From positions 1 through 44,721 of the forward strand of contig JAQGDQ010001357.1 of the NCBI GenBank assembly GCA_030141605.1: a stretch of 44,721 nucleotides of DNA, given 5' to 3'. Origin of the DNA: Tubiluchus corallicola. Lineage: Eukaryota > Animalia > Priapulida. The notes beneath the pieces are model-generated. The model saw only the letters and a program-made list of their open reading frames with translations, had not been told where the DNA came from and ran no database searches. Positions 40,201-44,721 of the stretch are shown piece by piece (position 1 is the first letter of the stretch; each line of letters opens with the position of its first letter). The translations under genes and the position numbers were made by a program.

Positions 40201-43200
40201 CGCGAAAAACGTTAGAAAGATTTAGTATAAAACTGCAATAAGCGCCTTGTGTAATTAGTAAAACACTTTAAAGTTACGATCAGTTCAGGCTTGGCCGCTC
40301 CCATTTTCAATGTCCATTCTTCTTCCATGACGTCATTCGTCTTGAAGAAAAGTAGTGCACTGTCGATAGTCGTCAAAGGTACAATAAGTTTTTACAAAAA
40401 AATTAAGTAGCTAATTTTATAAGCTGCGGAAGTTTGAATTAGTTTAAGCAGCACATGCTCACGGAAAGCCACGACACACTCGCAGAAAGCCACAACGCAC
40501 GCACGGAAAGCCACGACATGCTTACGGAAAGCCACGCGCTTGAAAGCCACGACGCGCTCGCGGAAAGCCACGACGCGCTCGCGGAAAGCCAAGACGCGCT
40601 CGCTGAAAGCCAACGACGCGCTTACACAAAGCCAAGACGCGCTCGCGAAAAGCCACGACGCGCTCGCGAAAAGCCAAGACGCGCTCGCGAAAAGCCAAGA
40701 CGCGCTCGCTGAAAGCCACGCGCTTAAAAGCCAAGACGCGCTCACGAAAAGCCACGACGCGCTCGCGGAAAGCCAACGATGAGCTCGCAAAAAGCCACAA
40801 TGCGCTCGCGAAAAGCCACGACGCGCTTGCGGAAAACCACGACGCGTTTAGAAAAGTCACGAAGGAAGTCTCCAGTTACGTCATAATCTTGAAGGGAATG
40901 GCTGCAACCACCATGCCTGAAAGTTTCTATTCTGAAGTAGTAGATTTTAAATATAAACTTTATAGATAGTTTTTGTGCAAATTTCATTGTTATACCTTTC
41001 TAACTTGACTGATAACAGTAAAATAAACCTAACATGCTGAGTGACTTGTTCTTTCCTTTAGCACACCACAAACAGTTTAAGTGATAACAGTAAAATAAAC
41101 CCAGCATACTGAGCGACTTGTTCTTTCCTTTAGCACACCACAAACAGTTTAAGTGATAACAGTAAAATAAACCCAGCATACTGAGCGACTTGTTCTTTCC
41201 TTTAGCACACCACAAACAGTTTAAGTGATAACAGTAAAATAAACCTAACATGCTGAGTGACTTGTTCTTTCCTTTAGCACACCACAAACAGTTTAAGTGA
41301 TAACAGTAAAATAAACTCAACATACTGAGCGACTTGTGCTTTCCTTTAGCACACCACAAACAGTTTAAGTGATAACAGTAAAATAAACCCAACATGCTGA
41401 GTGACTTGTTCTTTCCTTTAGCACACCACAAACAGTTTAAGTGATAACAGTAAAATAAACCCAACATACTGAGCGACTTGTTCTTTCCTTTAGCACACCA
41501 CAAACAGTTTAAGTGATAACAGTAAAATAAACCCAACATACTGAGCGACTTGTTCTTTCCTTTAGCACACCACAAACAGTTTAAGTGATAACAGTAAAAT
41601 AAACCCAACATACTGAGTGACTTGTTCTTTCCTTTAGCACACCACAAACAGTTTAAGTGATAACAGTAAAATAAACCCAACATACTGAGTGACTTGTTCT
41701 TTCCTTTAGCACACCACAAACAGTTTAAGTGATAACAGTAAAATAAACCCAACATACTGAGTGACTTGTTCTTTCCTTTAGCACACCACAAACAGTTTAA
41801 GTGATAACAGTAAAATAAACCCAACATACTGAGCGACTTGTTCTTTCCTTTAGCACACCACAAACAGTTTAAGTGATAACAGTAAAATAAACCCAACATA
41901 CTGAGCGACTTGTTCTTTCCTTTAGCACACCACAAACAGTTTAAGTGATAACAGTAAAATAAACCCAACATACTGAGTGACTTGTTCTTTCCTTTAGCAC
42001 ACCACAAACAGTTTAAGTGATAACAGTAAAATAAACCCAACATACTGAGTGACTTGTTCTTTCCTTTAGCACACCACAAACAGTTTAAGTGATAACAGTA
42101 AAATAAACCCAACATACTGAGTGACTTGTTCTTTCCTTTAGCACACCACAAACAGTTTAAGTGATAACAGTAAAATAAACCCAACATACTGAGTGACTTG
42201 TTCTTTCCTTTAGCACACCACAAACAGTTTAAGTGATAACAGTAAAATAAACCCAACATACTGAGTGACTTGTTCTTTCCTTTAGCACACCACAAACAGT
42301 TTAAGTGATAACAGTAAAATAAACCCAACATACTGAGTGACTTGTTCTTTCCTTTAGCACACCACAAACAGTTTAAGTGATAACAGTAAAATAAACCCAA
42401 CATACTGAGTGACTTGTTCTTTCCTTTAGCACACCACAAACAGTTTAAGTGATAACAGTAAAATAAACCCAACATGCTGAGTGACTTGTTCTTTCCTTTA
42501 GCACACCACAAACAGTTTAAGTGATAACAGTAAAATAAACCCAACATACTGAGTGACTTGTTCTTTCCTTTAACACACCACAAACAGTTTAAGTGATAAC
42601 AGTAAAATAAACCCAACATGCTGAGTGACTTGTTCTTTCCTTTAGCACACCGCAAACAGTTTAAGTGATAACAGTAAAATAAACCCATCTTACTGAGTGA
42701 CTTGTTCTTTCCTTTAGCACACCACAAACAGTTTAAGTGATAACAGTAAAATAAACCCAACATGCTGAGTGACTTGTTCTTTCCTTTAGCACACCACAAA
42801 CAGTTTAAGTGATAACAGTAAAATAAACCCAACATGCTGAGTGACTTGTTCTTTTCTTTAGCACACCACAAACAGTTTAAGTGATAACAGTAAAATAAAC
42901 CCAACATGCTGAGTGACTTGTTCTTTCCTTTAGCACACCACAAACAGTTTAAGTGATAACAGTAAAATAAACCCAACATACTGAATGACTTGTTCTTTCC
43001 TTTAGCACACCACAAACAGTTTAAGTGATAACAGTAAAATAAACCCAACATACTGAGTGACTTGTTCTTTCCTTTAGCACACCACAAACAGTTTAAGTGA
43101 TAACAGTAAAATAAACCCAACATACTGAGTGACTTGTTCTTTCCTTTAGCATACCACAAACAGTTTAAGTGATAACAGTAAAATAAACCCAACATACTGA

Positions 43201-44371
43201 GTGACTTGTTCTTGCCTTTAAGCAAGTCATTCTATGTTACGTACATCATATAATAATTTCAATATTTCTAAGCGTATATTAGAATACAACGATCGTTGTT
43301 CGAGGGTTGCTTTTTCCTTTAATACCGAATACCTTTAATACTTTCAGATGCACCACAGCCATCCAAATAAATACTTGCAGTCTTTGAATGCAAGACCACT
43401 GCTTTAAAATGCGAATTTCGTTCATATTTTGCACAAACCTGTCTTTGTAGAGACCGTGAACCGTACTGAACACCAGCTGGTGGTAAGCAATCGTTCCGTC
43501 TTGACAACCAATGGCCTAAAAAATTTAATAACAGACTTAATTGTTTTTGCTGTAAATGATCAAAGCAAAATAGAACTCAATCTTAAACTGTAGGCCAAAA
43601 CAATCTACACTTTGAAATATTGAAAGAAAACATACTATTTTTCATGTATGACTTACGTGAAAGAATTATTACCGCACAAACACAATTTCACATTCGCGCC
43701 ACTAGTTCTTCGCTGTTACATGCATTTCGCCATTGGCTAGGTAGACGGACACTAGCGCCTGTATTTTGGAAACGCATTGCACTTAAAAAAGTATTGTACC
43801 TGTTAATTCAGATGTGTTAGTTTGTGAACGCATTACACAAAAAACATTACTCTCAATTCACATGTGTCAGTTTGTGATCGAAAAACCGACATATTGCATT
43901 TTCACTTTTATTTCGTGGTGAGACAATGCGCCTAAAATAAATGACTGAAAGTATTTTGTGCACAAAACATATTTAGAAAAAGTCGTAGAAAAGGTTTACT
44001 GGGATGCGTATGGTAAAAGGGCAAAATGCAAAAAACCGGACTGGGGTAATTTTTTACCCCAGGGTGACCCTATAAGGGTTAAGACGCGGAACAGCAGACT
44101 GTTCCTAAGAAATAATCAGCAAATACAGATTGCTTACTGTACTAAATCAACCTAAACAAAATTTACAGTTATAACCTACCACGTAGTTTGCATCTGGCTT
44201 AGCTCGACAGCACCACACCCACGAATTCTGTTCAGCAATGGTACCAAGACTGACCCCGTCCTTTGTGTACAAGGTGGCCTGCTGGTTGGACCCGCCCGCT
44301 ACCAGATATTCTCCTTTGCTAAAGAAACTAAGACAACAAGGATCGTAGCCCAACACTCTGTCTTTACCAAT
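6465..44371 (-). CDS. IFT122: IFT122 gene, partial (20 coding exons in window, 942 codons; 5' exons and last exon outside window)
   Basis: Spliced translation is collinear with IFT122 as I recall it (e.g. [81 protein letters not shown]). Exon phases match across all 19 introns. Confidence 0.97.
6797..7600 (+). mobile_element. TTAA-AGG (Kolobok/T2-like) element end amplified as 26-bp and 73-bp units, plus a shared body
   Basis: tttaaaggacaagaccagtgaattt units, then a body shared with 22501-22660. Confidence 0.6.
8253..8332 (-). CDS. IFT122: IFT122 exon (GSETMRLTE...[12 protein letters not shown]), 80 nt
   Basis: gttttag acceptor, GAG|gtatat donor; DPFT..L.FE motif. Confidence 0.9.
8755..9282. 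mobile_element. hAT-like MITE, copy 1
   Basis: TIR cagggatgagaat / attctcatcactg; 8-bp TSD catctctc / catttctc (7/8); very similar copy at 25746-26230. Confidence 0.85.
10245..10735. repeat. 36-bp minisatellite (cacgtgaatcaaaggcaggaccactaacatggaccg)
   Basis: Units at 10335, 10371, 10407... Confidence 0.93.
10934..11065 (-). CDS. IFT122: IFT122 exon ([19 protein letters not shown]...TMR), 132 nt
   Basis: tctgcag acceptor, G|gtaacg donor. Confidence 0.92.
11550..12062 (-). mobile_element. 5'-truncated non-LTR retrotransposon 3' end (ORF2 C-terminus plus tail)
   Basis: [22 protein letters not shown]...W...KLKVAYN resembles the post-RT region of LINEs; AATAAA and (AAATC)n tail. Confidence 0.75.
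12070..13330. mobile_element. Unclassified interspersed element with GGCGGCCATTTT motifs and a 76-bp internal direct repeat (13150-13300)
   Basis: Duplicated caccataattttgtgttgtgtggcagccattttga; family not identifiable by eye, boundaries approximate. Confidence 0.35.
13382..13496 (-). CDS. IFT122: IFT122 exon ([15 protein letters not shown]...[15 protein letters not shown]), 115 nt
   Basis: ttttag acceptor, G|gtaagt donor; CxxC pairs of the C-terminal zinc-binding region. Confidence 0.93.
13575..14055 (+). repeat. 61-bp tandem repeat x8, each with a Tc1/mariner-like end TA-CAGGGTGGATCAAAAA
   Basis: tacagggtgg at 13597, 13658, 13719, 13780...14024. Confidence 0.9.
14567..14732 (-). CDS. IFT122: IFT122 exon ([20 protein letters not shown]...RAKPFKDNE), 166 nt
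   Basis: tctcag acceptor, GAG|gtaagc donor; translated by hand. Confidence 0.93.
14733..15531 (-). other. U12-type (minor spliceosome) GT-AG intron
   Basis: 5' site GTATCCTTTC; branch-like TTTTCTTGAC (14746-14755) ending 13 nt before the exon; no polypyrimidine tract. Confidence 0.88.
14864..15000 (+). repeat. 34-bp tandem repeat x4 with CTCF-like CCACTAGATGGCAC
   Basis: Motif at 14868, 14902, 14936, 14970. Confidence 0.88.
15532..15730 (-). CDS. IFT122: IFT122 exon (ENSSK...[18 protein letters not shown]...ISK-V), 199 nt, U12 donor
   Basis: ttttcag acceptor, GT|gtatcctttc donor. Confidence 0.92.
15762..16770 (+). mobile_element. MITE-like element with internal 110-122-bp tandem units (family copy A)
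   Basis: gtgtgaactgctttgcgagttactgtc head and gagttactctc / gagagtaactc units shared with 27224-28138 and 36324-36987. Confidence 0.75.
16872..17160 (+). mobile_element. Dispersed ~290-bp repeat; also at 32890-33178 (+) and 23254-23505 (-)
   Basis: gaaaaggtcaaagg, gtaacagttttaac and ctgaagtt..tgaactgatg blocks shared. Confidence 0.8.
17290..17430 (-). CDS. IFT122: IFT122 exon ([10 protein letters not shown]...[15 protein letters not shown]), 141 nt
   Basis: tttccag acceptor, G|gtatgt donor; translated by hand. Confidence 0.94.
17605..18635. repeat. 88-bp minisatellite, about 12 copies
   Basis: Units at 17613, 17701, 17789...18581. Confidence 0.96.
19086..19250 (+). repeat. (TAA)n microsatellite preceded by AATAAA, possible LINE tail
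   Basis: Direct reading. Confidence 0.8.
19302..19404 (-). CDS. IFT122: IFT122 exon (AFVLADKHP...[17 protein letters not shown]), 103 nt
   Basis: tcgcag acceptor, G|gtacag donor. Confidence 0.94.
19815..20150. repeat. ~30-bp minisatellite rich in palindromic TTCGAA/GAATTC
   Basis: gttcgaatcgaattcgaa recurs about every 30 nt; related motifs at 19480-19600. Confidence 0.92.
20309..20776. mobile_element. hAT-like MITE
   Basis: Perfect 14-bp TIR cagggttcccacag / ctgtgggaaccctg; subterminal tttccctgac motifs; no TSD recognisable. Confidence 0.75.
20990..21580. repeat. AT-rich 41-bp minisatellite
   Basis: gattaaatttgatcaaaatagctaaattacaattaaaatct units. Confidence 0.88.
21653..21824 (-). CDS. 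IFT122: IFT122 exon ([14 protein letters not shown]...HWDD), 172 nt
   Basis: ttgcag acceptor, GAT|gtaagc donor. Confidence 0.94.
21878..22660 (+). mobile_element. 73-bp tandem array x9 of a TTAA-AGG end plus element body (same family as 6797-7600)
   Basis: ttttaaagga at 21901, 21975, 22048, 22121...22486. Confidence 0.8.
22670..23030. repeat. Compound pentanucleotide microsatellite (ATCTA, ATGTA, ATCTC, ACCTC, ATCCC)
   Basis: Direct reading. Confidence 0.95.
23056..23222 (-). CDS. IFT122: IFT122 exon (EFIPSGD...[13 protein letters not shown]...GWSE-M), 167 nt
   Basis: ttttacag acceptor, AT|gtaagc donor. Confidence 0.94.
23515..23750 (+). mobile_element. Dispersed repeat; also at 43560-43790 (+) and partially 31305-31361 (-)
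   Basis: tgacttacgtgaaagaattattacc...cattcgcgccactagttcttc shared. Confidence 0.8.
24535..24696 (-). CDS. IFT122: IFT122 exon (ERKKRGELD...DLRMFDQAK), 162 nt
   Basis: ctttag acceptor, AAG|gttgtg donor; translated by hand. Confidence 0.93.
24738..25535. repeat. 55-bp minisatellite, about 14 copies, interrupted at 25366-25418
   Basis: ggatttataaacc at 24792, 24847, 24902... Confidence 0.95.
25746..26230. mobile_element. hAT-like MITE, copy 2
   Basis: Perfect 13-bp TIR cagggatgagaat / attctcatccctg; body nearly identical to 8755-9282 apart from an internal deletion. Confidence 0.85.
26240..26822 (+). mobile_element. 5'-truncated LINE 3' end with C-terminal zinc-knuckle remnant
   Basis: [16 protein letters not shown]...RLC...EEHVICFCP typical of non-LTR ORF2 C-termini (RTE-X-like); AATAAA then (TA)n tail. 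Confidence 0.82.
26876..27029 (-). CDS. IFT122: IFT122 exon ([11 protein letters not shown]...YLELIHSIE), 154 nt
   Basis: ccgcag acceptor, GAG|gttgat donor. Confidence 0.94.
27224..28138 (+). mobile_element. MITE-like element with internal tandem units (copy B), Harbinger-like ends
   Basis: Imperfect TIR ggctcgtctagact / tgtatgaacgtgcc; TAA-like flanks. Confidence 0.7.
28250..28810. repeat. 75-bp minisatellite, about 7 copies
   Basis: ttcgttaccgtgaatttc recurs at 74-75-nt spacing. Confidence 0.93.
28907..29025 (-). CDS. IFT122: IFT122 exon ([15 protein letters not shown]...QYLERKNY-L), 119 nt
   Basis: tttttag acceptor, CT|gtatgt donor. Confidence 0.93.
29026..31112 (-). other. GC-AG intron
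   Basis: CAG|GCAAGT donor is the frame-preserving site; the GT 4 nt further in would frameshift. Confidence 0.85.
29127..30356. mobile_element. piggyBac-like non-autonomous element
   Basis: TTAA at 29123-29126 and 30357-30360; TIR ctccttcaggacc / ggtcctgaaagag (12/13); second left end at ~29640. Confidence 0.8.
31113..31232 (-). CDS. IFT122: IFT122 exon ([19 protein letters not shown]...QQQKLQ), 120 nt, GC donor
   Basis: tacag acceptor; frame continuity to the next exon (GFIVG) requires CAG|gcaagt. Confidence 0.92.
31585..31842. repeat. Irregular minisatellite (cactctcagtgttcagtgcagcagtcatgctactcatgtg)
   Basis: Direct reading. Confidence 0.85.
32010..32318. repeat. 16-bp minisatellite (ggttaacattgggccc)
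   Basis: Direct reading. Confidence 0.93.
32667..32831 (-). CDS. IFT122: IFT122 exon ([10 protein letters not shown]...TKELLYQ), 165 nt
   Basis: cttcag acceptor, CAG|gttatt donor. Confidence 0.94.
33583..33720 (-). CDS. IFT122: IFT122 exon ([11 protein letters not shown]...[17 protein letters not shown]), 138 nt
   Basis: Translated by hand (not the frame in the ORF track); gtttag acceptor, CAG|gtatgt donor. Confidence 0.95.
34462..34765. repeat. ~80-bp tandem repeat x4
   Basis: actaattatgtattt...agccaaataggtaatga units. Confidence 0.88.
35030..35610 (-). mobile_element. Diverged inverted partial copy of the piggyBac-like element (matches 29785-30360)
   Basis: tctttcagtaactgcagtgtttgcactgtaacaatgtacagt is the reverse complement of ~30107-30149. 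Confidence 0.85.
35616..36010. repeat. 150-152-bp tandem repeat (about 2.6 copies) with X-box and CTCF-like motifs
   Basis: GTTGCTATGGCAAC at 35665, variants at 35817 and 35967; CTGCCATCTAGTGG in each unit. Confidence 0.88.
36324..36987 (+). mobile_element. MITE-like element with internal 122-bp units (copy C)
   Basis: Same head, units and gtgccataag right end as copy B. Confidence 0.75.
37472..37609 (-). CDS. IFT122: IFT122 exon (VQLPDRV...[17 protein letters not shown]), 138 nt
   Basis: cttccag acceptor, CAG|gtaagt donor. Confidence 0.95.
37738..39752. repeat. 60-bp minisatellite, about 33 copies
   Basis: Perfect column alignment in the 60-nt lines. Confidence 0.99.
39947..40067 (-). CDS. 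IFT122: IFT122 exon ([15 protein letters not shown]...YKEKLA), 121 nt
   Basis: gacag acceptor, gtaagt donor, phase 2 to 0. Confidence 0.95.
40157..43217 (+). mobile_element. Kolobok/T2-like MITE expanded by internal satellites
   Basis: TTAA at 40153-40156 and 43218-43221; TIR aggaaagaccaa / ttgttcttgcct; left end matches 3521-3570 and 11230-11270 (reverse). Confidence 0.72.
40455..40855. repeat. ~21-bp GC-rich minisatellite (aaagccacgacgcgctcgcgg)
   Basis: Direct reading. Confidence 0.92.
41010..43221. repeat. 72-bp satellite, about 31 highly homogeneous copies
   Basis: 24-aa periodicity in the spurious ORF; unit contains the element right end ttgttctttccttta. Confidence 0.98.
43439..43515 (-). 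CDS. IFT122: IFT122 exon ([26 protein letters not shown]), 77 nt
   Basis: tttttag acceptor, AG|gtttgt donor, phase 0 to 2. Confidence 0.93.
44180..44371 (-). CDS. IFT122: IFT122 exon ([13 protein letters not shown]...PDANYV), 192 nt
   Basis: ttttttcag acceptor, GTG|gtaggt donor, WD40 region. Confidence 0.93.
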
Positions 44372-44436
44372 CTGAAAAAAATAAATTACAATGTGCAATA
44401 TAAACCGACCTTGAAGCGCAAACAAGCCATTGGTAC

Positions 44437-44578
44437 ATAGAAATCAGCGTGTGACCTTGACCCTTGTCTGACCTGTGAACTTGACTGTTATCTGACCCTG
44501 ATCTGACTTAGAAATCAGTGTGTGACCTGTGACCTTGACTGTTATCTGACCCTGATCTGACTAAGAAATCAGTGTGTA
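44437..44578. repeat. Short tandem duplication (cttgactgttatctgaccctgatctgact..agaaatcagtgtgt)
   Basis: Direct reading. Confidence 0.8.
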
Positions 44579-44721
44579 CACACTTACACTCACTAAAATG
44601 TCCAAATCATAAAGATATGTACTTATAATATCTAATTGTGGTTAAGCGTGTTGAAGTCGTGCGAAAAATACCAATAACATTATCATTTCATTGAGAATTT
44701 ATGATTTTATAGGAATTATAG

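Noticed and set aside
41000-43225. 741-aa Cys-rich ORF
   Set aside because: Translation of a 72-bp satellite derived from a transposon end; intronic, no unique domain

Overview
AT-rich, repeat-dense invertebrate-type animal genomic DNA (species not determinable from sequence alone). The window lies inside one minus-strand gene, IFT122 (intraflagellar transport complex A, WD40/TPR-like subunit). I hand-assembled 20 coding exons between 44371 and 6465 (2826 nt, 942 codons) with consistent splice phases and no internal stop. The first exons and the last coding exon appear to lie outside the window. Two introns are non-standard: a U12-type minor intron (14733-15531) and a GC-AG intron (29026-31112). 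The introns are packed with microsatellites, minisatellites, non-autonomous DNA transposons (hAT-, piggyBac-, Kolobok/T2-, Harbinger- and Tc1-like ends) and 5'-truncated LINE fragments. A recurring pattern is that tandem arrays are built from amplified transposon termini. Other points of interest: an exon-like open cassette inside a piggyBac-like MITE, a repeat unit pairing an RFX X-box with a CTCF-like motif, and a foldback inverted duplication. I found no CRISPR array and no evidence for a novel protein-coding system; the long ORFs in the track are repeat artefacts.
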